Below, piece by piece: positions 51,747-63,571 of a stretch of 64,000 nt of DNA. The notes beneath the pieces were generated by a model, which had not been told where the DNA came from, made no database searches, and was given only the letters and a program-made list of their open reading frames with translations. The DNA lies in contig NW_027191413.1 in the NCBI RefSeq assembly GCF_041146345.1, positions 2,418,001 through 2,482,000 on the forward strand, in the 5' to 3' direction. Source of the DNA: Neodothiora populina. Taxonomy: Eukaryota. Position numbers and translations under genes: made by a program. Every line of letters starts with the position of its first letter. Position 1 is the stretch's first letter.

Positions 51747-53292
51747 TTAACCCTCAAAGGTCAAGCTGGTGCCGACCTTGTGGCCGGCCTCGTTGAGCTT
51801 GGCGGTGTCGAGAGAGAGACCGAGACCGACGGTGACACCACGGTTGATCTTGGTGTTGTAGGCGAGAGCGGCGATACCGCGGTCGTTGATCTTGGCCTGT
51901 GATTCGCGTGTACATCGTCAGCATTCCGGTTTTTTTTAATTGAGAGAAAAGGACATCTTACCTTTGCGAAAGACAGAGGGTCAAGCTTGTACTTGGTGGC
52001 AACCTCGAGACCGAGGGACTTGCCGCCCTGGAGGTCGTAGGTGGCCTTGGCGCCAGCCTCGACGTTGGAGTTGACCTTCTGGTAGTAGCTGGCAGAGACG
52101 ACGCTGAGGTTCTGGATGGCCATGACGCTGGCGGTGAAGGTGGGGTGCTGGTAACCGGCACCGGCGCTGTAGCGGGTGATGGCGGCCTTGGAGACGTCGT
52201 AGCCGGCCTCGGCACCGACGACGAAGCCCTCGTGGCCGACAGCGGCATCGATGAGGGCGTTGATGTTGCCGGCGGCACCGTGGTCAAGGAAGGCACGGGC
52301 GTGGAGGTTGGGCTGCTTGAAGGTGAGGTTGAGCTTCTGGGCGGCCTTGCTGGGGTTGCTGGGGTTGAAGAGGTTCTGGAACTCGGCCTTCACGGGTTGC
52401 GACATGACGCTGGCAAGCTCAACCTTGGTGTCGAGGATAGCCTGGGTGGTCCAGCCCTGGGTGACGGTGATTCCTGGATTCATGGCGTAAGTAAGATATA
52501 GATTGTGATTCCACTTCTGCTGCTGCAAATCAAGCTGCGACGGGGACTGGGACGGGGACTGGGACGGGGGCCGGGACGGGGGCCGGGACGGGGGCTCTGC
52601 ATCATTGCTGTCTTGATCCGATTGCCCTTCAACGGACGCCTGGAGAGGTCTGCTCAGGAGTGCAAGGTGTAGCGCATGGCGAGTTGATGAGAGGAGCGGG
52701 AAGGAAAGACGGCTGAACAGTAAAAAAGGTGGTGGTCGCATACCCTGAGGCTTGAGAGTGTACTTTCCCTCGACCTGTTTTTCGCATTTGTTTGTCAGTC
52801 TTCGATTTCTTCTTTTCTGTCATGCTTCTCGTCGCTCCGATGAGAACGACATGGAGATGGTGCGACGAAGCGATGGTGGTAGACTTACGGAGCCGGCGGT
52901 GGCACCGTCGAAAGCCTGCTTGCCCTTGACGTTGACATTGGCGCCGTTGGGAGCCTTGAGCTTGACCTCGAGGTTGGCTATTGGCGCATGTTAGAAAGTA
53001 TTTCTAGGAGCTGTGTATGCCCATGCTGGCGGTGCAAATGCCAGGCGTGGACTTCCTGATCGAAGGGGAAACATGCCAGCCTGGGTGTGGTAGAAGTCCT
53101 TGTTGATAAGCTATGACATCAACAAAAGTCAGCTTGACCGCATATATCAGAAGCGCCCCAGATCCAGAGTTCTCTTACGTCGTTGGCGGCCTTTGCAATG
53201 TCGGAGAAGGCAGGAATGGGGAGGGAAGCCGGGGTTGCGACAAAGGGAACGCCCGCGGGCTTGGAGATGTCGGAGAAGTCTGCAATGGCCAT
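51747..53292 (-). CDS. POR1: Mitochondrial outer membrane porin (VDAC)
   Basis: PAFSDIAKAAND|LINKDFYH...|NLEVKLKAPNG...|VEGKYTLKPQG|ITVTQGWTT...GHEGFVVGAEAGYDV...SFAK|AKINDRGIAALAY...HKVGTSLTFEG*. Five introns, one of them GC-AG. Confidence 0.95.
52539..52595. repeat. 12-nt G-rich minisatellite GACGGGG(A/G)C(T/C)GG, about 4.7 copies, inside a porin intron
   Basis: Units start at 52539, 52551, 52563, 52575 and 52587. Confidence 0.9.
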
Positions 53293-54138
53293 TGTGATGG
53301 AGAGAGGGGGGGATAGATGATCTTGGAGAAGTGTGGAGAAGTGTATGGGATATACAGAGGTAAGAAAGAAAGAGAGAGAGAGAGAGCTGGAGGTGTTTAG
53401 GGAACTCGGACGATTGCTGCGAATGGATCTTTACGCACCGTGAGAAGCTCGGACCAGCCGTCGCAGCTTCCGCTCTCTCACTCTGCCTCTGTCTGCACCC
53501 ACCTGTGTGCTGGCTCTTTCTGTTTCCCTGTGCTTAAACCTTCCTTACCTGGAGCTGCAGCCACAGTACAAACTGCCTCCGCGCCTCCGGACTTGACCCG
53601 TTGCCCGCAGCAGCCTTCACTGCAAGTTACCTACCTTACTACCGAATCATCGGCGAATCACGGGCTCCAGGCAAGCGCGTGCGTCATGTTTTCCCTTGCC
53701 TGCATGTTTTCCAAGCTGGAGCACCGCGGATCAATCAATCTGAGCAGAGGGCAAGTGAGCCAACCTGGTTTTCATCAATCTATCATCGAAGCAAATCATC
53801 GTTATAGTCGACCCTGCCAGTTCTCAGCGTCTCTCGAGTGTCAAGAGACAACAGTCGTCGTCTACCATGAGCCTGACCACACTGCAAACACAAGGTGTCA
53901 TGAACAAAACAAAAGGCAGGATGCTGCCGAACGGGGCAAAATTCGTCGTGTACAATTGCATGCTCTTTAATCTACCAAAAGTCCTGTCTCTTTTGAGGTA
54001 GCACATCCGTCTACCCATCCTCTCCCAACGCCATCGGTATAATGGAAGCAATTGAGTCACATGAATAAAATTAGGTCATTCCCGCATACGTGCAGAACAG
54101 GAACTTGACATCGGCCGGCCGAGAGTTTGATCGCCCCT

Positions 54139-56368
54139 CTAGGCCTTCGTCTCCTCGTACTTGTCTTGGTGGATGGCGATGGCTCTACCGCTAGGATCCG
54201 TCTGCTTGGACCACGTCGGGGTCCATCGCTCGACGGTAGAGGCGCAGTATGGGGGGAAGTGCTCGTCGAACATGCAGCGGTACCAGTAGCTATAACGTAG
54301 TCAGTATAAATGTTCAAAGAGGCAAAGACTCGATCAAAGACTCACGCTTCCTTGGTATCGGGGATGTCGTCGCCCCACTCGGGCTTGGGGTTCTTCATGT
54401 CCTCGTCGCTGACGTGCTCCTTGGCGGCGTCCTTGAGGCCGTCGATCCATCCGTAGCCAACACCATCACTGAACTGCTCCTTCTGTCTCCAGAGGATGTT
54501 GTCGGGAAGGTAGGGCTTGGTGTCGGGCTCGTCGGTCGTGTCGAAAGCCTTGCGGAGGATGTACTTCTCGATGCGGTCCTTGGTGATCATCTTCTCCTGG
54601 GGGTCAATGTTCATGCAGAGCTCGAGGAACTCCTTGTCGAGGAAAGGCACTCTGGCCTCGAGACCCCATGCGGAGGTCGACTTGTTGGCTCTCAGGCAGT
54701 CGGCCAAGTGCAGGTTCTTGACTCTGCGCACAGTCTCCTCGTGAAAGGCCTTCTTGTCGGGAGCGGCGTGGAAGTAGAGGTATCCACCGAAAATCTCGTC
54801 ACTGCCCTCGCCACTGAGGACCATCTTGATTCCCATGGCCTTGATCTTTCTGCTGAGCAGGAACATGGGCGTCGAGGCGCGGATCGTGGTCACGTCGTAG
54901 GTCTCAAGGTGGAAGATGACATCGGAGAGAGCGTCAAGACCCTCCTGGATGGTGAAGGTCATGCTGTGGTGCTTGGTGCCGAGGAACTTGGCGACCTCGA
55001 GGGCGGCCTTGCTGTCCGGTGCGTCGGGGAGACCGATGGAGAACGAGTTGAGCTGGGAGAGAACAGGAATGGTGTTGAGGTGGTAGTCCTCATCGATTCC
55101 AGCAAGCTCCTCCTGGTCGCCAGGGGTGTTGGTGCCGTCGGTGCTGACGGAGCCGGCCAGTCTCTTCTTCTCGCGCTGCTCTTGCTGAGCGTTGTAAGCG
55201 GCCTGAAGTCTGAGGGTCTCGCGCTGGGCGATGGAAGCGACCAAGCTGGAGTCGAGACCGCCGGAGAGAAGGACACCGTAGGGGACCTCGGCCATCAATC
55301 TCTTTCTGACCGCTCTCTCGAATGTCGTCCTGATCTCCTTGAGGTCGAGGGGAGTGGTGGGGATGTTGCTGGGCTCCATGAGCCACTTGGGGGTGAAGTA
55401 GCGGGTGAGCGAGTCCGTCTTTGAGTCGTAAATGTGGCCGGGGGGGAAGGCGATGATGTTGTCGCAAACAGGGTGGAGGCACTTGAGCTCCGAGGCGAAG
55501 TAGACTGCACCAGGGGTGGTGCTGGAGCGGCCCATGTAGAAAGTGGTGACGCCGATAGGGTCTCTTGCGGCGATGACACGGTCTTGCGCCTTGTCGTGGA
55601 GGACCCACGAGAACATGCCATCGAGGAACTTAGGGGCATCGATTCCGTGCTCTTGGTACTATATCGCATTGTTAGAACCATTTGCCCTCGTGTGCCAATC
55701 TCTGTGTGCAGGTCCTACCAGGGGAATGATGACTTCGCAGTCGGAATGCGTCTTGAAGGGGTACGGGGTCTTCAGGTTCTTGCGGAGGACCTTGTGGTTG
55801 TAGATCTCTCCGTTGACTGCCAGGGCAATGCTGCCATCTTCGCTCAATAGAGGTTGTGCGCCACTGTCTATCCATGTGTCAGCAGCCGGCCGAGCCAATG
55901 ACAGGAGTTGCAAGACGTACCGACACCGACGATACTCAGACGCTCGTGGACGAGGACTATGGAGAGCAGTCAGAAATTGTATCTCAGCCATATCAGACTG
56001 ACGATGGACCTACTGGTGCTGTCACAGATGTAGTTGCCGCCTGTTGTTAGGATCAGCCAAAGCTCAATAAACTTGGAGTTGGAGCGTCGTGTGGAAATTG
56101 CTCACTCCAATCGGGACCACGGTGACGGATGCTGGGAAACAAGTCAGTGGATTGAACATTCGCAAGAGGATTCGAGTAGTGATCAACATACGCCTTGCCC
56201 ATGCGCAGGGCTGTGGGCTTGAACTTTTGCACATCTGGGTGGCTGCATAACAATTAGTTATTTTTCCCGCCGATAACGCAACTCTCCCAGGAAATGTGCG
56301 CTCTGGCATATCGTCCAATTGGGTTGCGAAGCGACAACATACTGGTAACAAGCAAAGATTCCACACAT
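54139..56368 (-). CDS. ASN1: Asparagine synthetase (glutamine-hydrolysing)
   Basis: MCGIF N-terminus, [49 protein letters not shown] and DPSGRA. Several short 5' exons. Confidence 0.96.
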
Positions 56369-56477
56369 GATTGCGGATTATGAAGTGTCTAGGAACAGTT
56401 CAAGAGGCAGTATCAACGAGTGGCAGAAGGGCAAGTGTGTGTTGAGGGGCAATTTGTATGTAGGAATTAAAATGCCT

Positions 56478-56562
56478 TGAGTCACTGGAGGGTTGGCCCG
56501 CCATGACCGACTTGCGGAACCGGGCTTGGCGGGGTTAGTCAACCAATTGGCCTTCTGAGTCA
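56478..56562. promoter_or_regulatory. Gcn4/CpcA-type response elements upstream of asparagine synthetase
   Basis: TGAGTCA at 56478-56484 and 56556-56562, plus the variant TTAGTCA at 56535-56541, all 110-195 bp upstream of the ATG. Confidence 0.7.
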
Positions 56563-57247
56563 TTTACTCGGCGCTCGGGGGTTCTGGAAGACACTCGTCC
56601 ATGGGCTACGCCTTCGTGCATCAGAAATATACAAGTATATTGAAACGGCGAGGACATCTCGCCACCCAGGTAGCAGGTGCGCCGAGTCAATCCTCATTCA
56701 GCTGTGTGTGGTTGTGGATCGCTCATGCACTGCGCAGCTGAGGGTAGGAACTCAAGGTACAGGTATTGTACAGTACCTACCTTACTGTGGATACTGTGGA
56801 TCATGCTTGCATACGACATGCCTTACTCGGGAACATTTCACCAATCTTCTATGTCGTCTCGCACAGAGCCATTCGCTGGAGATGACTCTACTCGGAGGAC
56901 TGTGGCGCGCTCCTGAGAACACTCGAGCATACACGATAGAAAGCTGGAACGATTGATCATGCATGTGGCGTACTGCGCTTTCTTATTCAGACATCTGTGT
57001 CACAGATCTCGCTGGCCAAAGAAACAAAAGTCGTAGAGCAAACCAAACCTCCTATCTCGAGCAAAAGGTGTTGCGGACGTGGCGGCCACTGCGGCTACTG
57101 TGACTGGACGACCGTCGAATGATAATGGGAGCATGTACTCGGGTAAACGTCTTGTTCGCCACCACTAGCGGTAGAAGGTTATCGATCATGTTGGAGGGAA
57201 AAGGAAGTTTTGCGCTTGTGTCGTTGGATTAGTCCGTAATCATTGAA

Positions 57248-58381
57248 TCAAAAGAAGAAATAAGCAATCAGGAAGCAGAGAAGGCAGAGTCCTGCCACGA
57301 CCTGCACGGGAACGCCACTCGCAGAGGGCTGCTTGATGCCCATTCCAGTGGTGCCGGTGGTGATCCTCTCCTTCGAGTCCTGGTTGACAGCATCCGTCTT
57401 TCTTTGGCGCAAGACGGCGTCGGATGCTTGTTGTTGCAGGCGCGCAATGGTAGCCTGAGCCTCGGCAAGTTTCTGCTGCATCTCCTCGGAAGACGTGGGG
57501 ATGGCGTTGGAGACGGCGCCCATGACGGTCTTGTGCTCGACAGCAGGGTTGTAGGCAGAGTCACTGACTTCTCCAAGACTCTTTGCGTCAGATGGTCGGT
57601 CTTCGTATGTCGAAGTTGGTCCGACGGCATGCTTCTGTGGGGTCTGTGCTTGCGACGAAGGAGAGTGGTAGTAGGAGTCGTCCACGTGGCTGCCTCCATT
57701 GACACCGTTGTCGGCGGGCAGGAAGACGACGCGGATCTTCTTCTCCTGTATGCTTGACTTTGCACTCTGCTCAACGTGGGACCACTGTTGTTTGGTTAGT
57801 ATGCGCCGACAGCGGTTTTGTGGTGATTGCGAAAGCATACGATCTGCGAAACATTGGCGACCTCCTGGGCAGCAGAGATGGCGACTGACTGCACGAGGAA
57901 CTTGTCGCGGCACTTGGCATCAAGAGGAGGATCCTCCTTCATGGCCTGCAACAGGACTGGCAGCGGTTAGTGAAAGGCAGAGAATAGATTGAGGGCTGTG
58001 GATCCGCGATACCCTGGACTTCCACATCCTCTCCAGCCTCGATTCTTCCCGAGTTCGGTCGTACACAGTATCTATTGCGCACAAGAGTCAACACTAGAGC
58101 ATGTGGGGACAGTTATGATGGTTGTCGTACTGTTTAGGAGCAGTGGTTTTGACCTATAGGCAGAAAGTCAGCAATGTGTTGAAGGGGGGTTCGAGATTGG
58201 ACACGAACCTTGAATGCGACCGGATCAGAGTTCTTGTTGTACAAGCGAAGAACCTGGGAGACCTCGTGGGTGAAGGGACCTGTGACAGCTGAGGTCAGCA
58301 GTGCATTCGCTGACGATGCGCTATAGAGACGGGAAACACACGTTTAAAGCCCAGCTCGACTGGATCCAGCTCCACGGACAT
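57248..58381 (-). CDS. SCS2: VAMP-associated protein (MSP domain, tail-anchored ER protein)
   Basis: MSVELDPVELGFK|RPFTHEV...VAFK|VKTTAPK|YCVRPNSG...KCRDKFLVQS and a C-terminal TM segment. Five introns. Confidence 0.92.
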
Positions 58382-59020
58382 GTTGGACAGGAGATAAAAG
58401 ACCTTGTGTTATGAGGGTTGACTTTTTGCGATGACGCTGGATTATGCAGAAGCCGAAGGATGATTAATTGTAGTGGGAGCAGATGGAAAGCGCCTTTGGA
58501 TGTATGGATGTGGTGTGGAAAGAAGGGAGTTGGTTGGTGTAGGCAGCGGATAACAGGGAGGGCCGGACGACGTCAGACATACAGAACTTACATGTAATTA
58601 CCTTAGACAGCAATGTACTTGTACCGTTCACTCGAGGTTGCCCTAGCTCGCAAGATACGGCCAGGCAGCCGTTCGCTATAAAAGCATGTTTTATTGCTGA
58701 ATGGCTAGGGTTGCCTGACCACCTTGCCTATCCTAAGGTACCTAAGGTCTGTTACTTTCACCGCCTGCACTTTCAGCACGTCATTGTGTTGTGCTTAACC
58801 CCGAAGTTCAGACTGTCAATTCGGTGACAGCTTTGTCACTTTCGCCCACTGTCCACTGCCTTCGGTACGGAAAAGTCATCGAGGAATAGATACATATCGT
58901 ACAACAAACTTGATATAAATAACCACCTTATCTGGTTGATTGAATCTGCTTGATATTTATACATAGTAACGCCCATCTCATACATCTGAACCAGCACACG
59001 CCACTCATACTACCGCCATC

Positions 59021-60052
59021 ATGTCTTCCTCATCCGATATCGACAACTTGGTCGACATGGGTTTCGACTGTGAGAAGGCAACCATTGCAATGAAGAAGAC
59101 TGGCAACTGTATGATCTTTGCTTTCCTAGATCTGACAGGGTTGAACTAATCCTTTGTGGATCAGTGGGCGGAGCCGTCGATTGGCTGGCACAGAACGCAG
59201 ATAAATCCATCAAAGATATGAACGAGGACGAAGAAGCCGGCATTTCTCTCCAGCCCGGTGAACAAGCAAGGAGCTTGGTGTGTAAAGACTGTGGCAAGAA
59301 ATTCCGGTCAACGGCCCAGGCAGAATTTCATGCCAATAAGAGGTATGACACACCCTGACAACTCCATTCTCCGCCCTTGACTGTTCTAACCATCTCACCT
59401 GTACAGCGAGCATCAGAACTTCGAAGAGTCAACAGAGGAGATTGCACCCTTGACCGAAGAGGAGAAAACCGCCCGACTGAAGGAGTTGAGGGAAAAGCTA
59501 GCGCTCAAGCGCGCCGGTCAGTCAGAGCAGGACAAGCTTGACAAGAAGCGCAACGATGAGATCCGCCGCAAGTCTACCAAGGAACAACAAGACATCAAGG
59601 AAGATCTACAGAAGAAGGAGCAACTGAAGGAGGCAGCAGCAAAGAGACGCGAGAAGCTAGAAGACATGGAGGCGAAGAAGCGCATCCAAGCCAAGATTGC
59701 CGCCGATAAGGAGGAGCGCCGTCTCAAGGCTGAGAGGGAGAAGGCTGCTCGTGCTGGACAAGCAGTGCCTGTCGCCGAGCCTGTCGCCGCTGCGAAGCCA
59801 TCCGTGCCTAAACCCGCTGCCTCATATACCGAGGCCAGACTGCGTCTCCAGACCCCATCTGGGACCATCCAGAAGACTTTCCCTGTCGAGACCACCCTTT
59901 TCGAGGTCGCCCAAGCCGTGGCCCAAGAGAATGGCTTTCAAGCTTCCTCTTTCACTCAGAACTATCCCAAGAAGGTCTTTGACGGCTCAGACATGGGCCA
60001 GACGCTGAAAGAAGCCGGCCTAGTGCCGAGCGCAGCACTCATCGTGCAGTGA
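59021..60052 (+). CDS. UBA / C2H2-like / UBX domain protein (UBXN1/SAKS1-like p97 adaptor)
   Basis: LVDMGF...AVDWL (UBA), CKDCGKKF...FHA..EH, a coiled coil and EARLRLQ...YPKKVF...TLKEAGLVPSAALIV (UBX). Two introns. Confidence 0.88.
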
Positions 60053-60267
60053 GTGCTATTGCTCTGCAGATATTCACACACGCTTCTCTTTAGAACGATC
60101 GAGTGCCTTTGGAGGGTTGGCAATAGCGTCTAGCACATCCTAGACTTGATGCTGACAGCACGAGACAGAGCGGCTCTGAGGAATCCAAAAGCTTAGGCAA
60201 TGAGTATACGAAAGAATAATGAAATGCAGTATTTTTTTGGACGTGAAATCAACGGGGTATCCATCGT

Positions 60268-61754
60268 CTACGCAGCGACCTTGGCCTTCTTAGCCTTCTT
60301 GCCATCACCCTTGGCCTTGACCCGTTTCGTGCCGGCCTTAGCAGCAGCAGTGACCTTGACCTTCTCCTCACCATCCTCTTTTTCCACCTCGACCTTGGCC
60401 ACCTCGGGCTGCTTTTCAAGGATGGCCTTGACCTCGCCACCGTCCAATAGACCAGGTCCCTCGCCGTCGACGGCATCCTTCATGGGCACGTCGTTCACGC
60501 TCGTCAATCCGGGCATCTCAAACTCATAGCCGATGTCCTTGAGCTTAGCAGCCTGCTTCGCACGCTTCTTGTTCTCCTTTTCAATCTTCTTCTCCCACAC
60601 TCCTCTCGTCTTGCCCTTGTTCAAGAGACCACCCTCGATCTTGTTTCTGGGCATGACCTTGAATCTGCGACCCTCGCCCTTCCAGAGCTGAGGATGGACT
60701 TGGTCGTCGGGGATGCGGCGTACTTGCAGGATGTGGCCGAACAAGAGGTATTTGTCCATGGTCTTGGCGACAATGTCTGCCACGGCGCCCGAGGAGAACT
60801 CGAGGAATGCGTAGTGCTTGGAGCGTCCGGTGACCTTGTTGCGTGCCAGACGCAGGTGAGAGATGTCACCGAATTGGGAGAAGTAGGCCTTCATCTGGTG
60901 CTCGAAGAAACCGTGAGGAATGCGTCTGTATTCCAATTAGTACAAGGTGTAGTCGAGTAGGTGAAAAGGAGAGGATCAAGAAATGCACTTACCCAACGTA
61001 AAGGACGCCAGGCTTGTCGTCTGCGCCCTTCTTCTCTGCCGCCTTCAATTGCTTGCGCGTGTTCTTCTCGTCAGGGATGGCAGGTAGTTTATCCACAGAG
61101 ACACCCTCCTCGTCATCAGAACCGCTGTCGTCATCTTCCTCGGGGTCGTTCTTGTCTTCGTCGCTCTCGAAACCAGCGAGAAGAGCAGCGGTCTGGTCGT
61201 CGACATCCTCGTCGTCCTCCTCCTCGTCTTCGCTGGCGGCTTCCTTTGCGGCGGCCACGGCGAGGGCGACCTCTTCCTTCTTGGTGATGGGCTCTTCCTC
61301 GACCTTGTTCTCGGTCGTCGTCGTCGTCGTCTTCTTGCCCTTGGCCTTGGTGACTTTGGCGGACGCGCTCTCCTTGGCGGCAGGAGCAGACTTGGCCTTC
61401 GGTGCAGCCTTCACGGGCTTCTTCTCTTCAAGGAAATCCTCGGCACGCTTCCTGGCTGGCTTAGCTGCGGTGGTGTTTTTCTTGTTCTTCGAGTCGACTA
61501 CTGCTGCTGCCACGACTGTGGTCTTTTCCACGCTCGGTGACTGCTTGCTCGCTGATCGCAGAGTCTTTGACTTTTCGCTCTTCTCGGGTGTCGTCTTGAC
61601 TTTCTTCGCGATTGCTACCGCGGGCTCTGCGGCGCCTGTTGATTATTCAATTGCTCTTGTCAGTTCTGCGTTCTCATCGAAGTTTCTTTCGCGTAGAGAA
61701 AAGGAAGGAAGCATTACCCTTGCGCTTCTTGCTCTGAATCTCAGTCCTGGCCAT
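60268..61754 (-). CDS. NOP15: Nucleolar RRM protein, Nop15/NIFK-like ribosome biogenesis factor
   Basis: Acidic/basic N-terminus and GVLYVG|RIPHGFFEHQM..YFSQFG...RNKVTGRSKHYAFLEF...YLLFGHILQ. Two introns. Confidence 0.9.
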
Positions 61755-62256
61755 ATTTCTTCAATGGTGATGGACCGAATATATACAATTGTAATGTTGT
61801 GTGTGATGGATGGATGCAGAGAAATAAAAGAAAGTATTCACTCGGACTTTCCTGGCCTCTGAAAGCTTCACAACTTCTTCTCCGGGGGACGGACTTTGTA
61901 ACTTTTTCTTTCTCTACTCTCTTTCACGCTCCATAAGAAAAAGCTGGGGTTGGGTCCCTTTCTCTTCATTGCCTTACCTTGCTTTAGTTCGTCAACCCGA
62001 CAAACCCCCGTTCTAACCATAGATTCACTCCATTCCACTTATTGCAACTCTGCCTCCGCTTTTTTGCTTTAATCTTGGGACTTTTTTGCCCATTCATCGA
62101 AACCTTGGGGCTTGGCGCGCTGGTTCGCTCGGCGGCATCTGTTCACTAAGGTACTGGTCTATCACTATAACATATACAGAAGTAGTAGTTAGGACACACA
62201 CGAACACTTTGTTTCAACAACGTCCTGGCTATTTCTGTTGTTCCTAACGAAAGACC

Positions 62257-63008
62257 ATGGCTGCCGAGCAGCCGTCTCACAACGAAGTCTGGGACGATTC
62301 GGCGCTTATAGATTCCTGGAATGAAGCACTCGAGGAATACAAGGTTGGTTTTACCACGCGCTTATGCCACTGAATTTGTGAATATGCGTTCTATACTGAT
62401 CTAACGAACATAGAAATATCACAGCATTGCGGCCAAGGGAGAGCGTGTCGAGGATGTCTTGGCTGTTGCTGAAAAGGCCGAGACGGATGTGTATGTTGAC
62501 TTTAGCTATACTCATACAATATATGTCTTAGGTCACATCACTAACCAACAGAGCAGTCTAGAAGAGACTGCTGGTTCGTTCCAGGACAAAAGTGTGCTGG
62601 CTCCGGAGGGCGAGGCAAAGGACGCAGTCATGGAAGACCAGGTTCATGTCGAGAATGCGCCGGCGATTCCAGTGTCGGAAGTATGCTTGAGATGCCAATG
62701 TCATGTCTCATTGAACCCCTTTCAGCTGACCAACAAGCAGCCCGAGCAGATCGCAGTAGAGCACCCACTGCCCACGACGAACGGCATCTCATCAGCCATG
62801 CCACAGGCAATGATGAACACTGGTACTGCCATGCCGCCACAAATTGACCGGACGGCCCTGCTAACATGACTCAGTGCAAGACGAGGGTCTGAAGAACCTC
62901 ATGATGTCCTGGTACTACGCAGGCTACTACACAGGCCTCTACGAAGGCCAGCAAAAAGCCAACCTCGCTGGCCAAGCAAGCAAACAGGCCATTGGCAAAG
63001 TTGGCTGA
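62257..63008 (+). CDS. SMN1: Survival motor neuron (SMN) protein homolog
   Basis: EVWDDSALIDSWNEALEEYK|KYHS (Gemin2-binding region) and LKNLMMSWYYAGYYTGLYEG (YG box). Four coding introns plus a probable 5'-UTR intron at 62151-62253. Confidence 0.88.
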
Positions 63009-63571
63009 AGTTGACCGTGCGTTCAGGAGCACCATTATCACTAATACTAACACTCGCCTGGGTCCCATTGAGTGAGCCGAGTGAGCTGTCACTTCTGGCG
63101 TTGTTGCACTCTCATACAGTGGCGACAGATGCACCACCAGATCTGGTCCATAGTGCATGCAGTCAGTAATGTGAGCGCCGGCGGACAATATGCCTGCTGA
63201 CGTGTGCGCCCCAAGTCCTTGATGACGAGAGTCAGCTTACACGGCCAAAATGCTCCTCTCAAGATCGAGGAAGGGCACAAGACAATCCACACCAAGCAGC
63301 ACGACCGAAAGAGGAACGGATATCTCGCTGAAAGAATCGCATGTCTATGATTGAACGGTTCTATTACTGAAATGAAAAGAAGAAAACAATGGGGGTTCGC
63401 TAAAAAGGCAATCCAATAACGCATAGATTCGTATTCGAAATGGAATAAACCATGAATCTCATTTTTAAGTCCTCGAGAAAGTGCAGTAGTAGTAGCCATG
63501 GGGAACGTCCCACTGACCGGACCTGACGGGGTGGACATCTGATCCTCGGTGTCGAAAGTCTCGAGTCGTGA

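Noticed and set aside
52640..52741. ATG at 52741 starting a presequence-like peptide (MRPPPFLLFSRLS...) as a separate short porin
   Set aside because: The ATG is part of the ordinary GTATGC donor and there is no evidence of an internal promoter. It is covered under the alternative-splicing finding instead.
53440..53970. 176-aa ORF between porin and asparagine synthetase
   Set aside because: It has a GTG start, no recognisable motif or codon bias, and lies in promoter/3'-UTR sequence.
54249..55424. 391-aa plus-strand ORF (also 364-1011, 48328-49320, 61014-61862 and 39622-40188)
   Set aside because: These are antisense shadows of strongly codon-biased genes on the opposite strand and carry no independent protein motifs.
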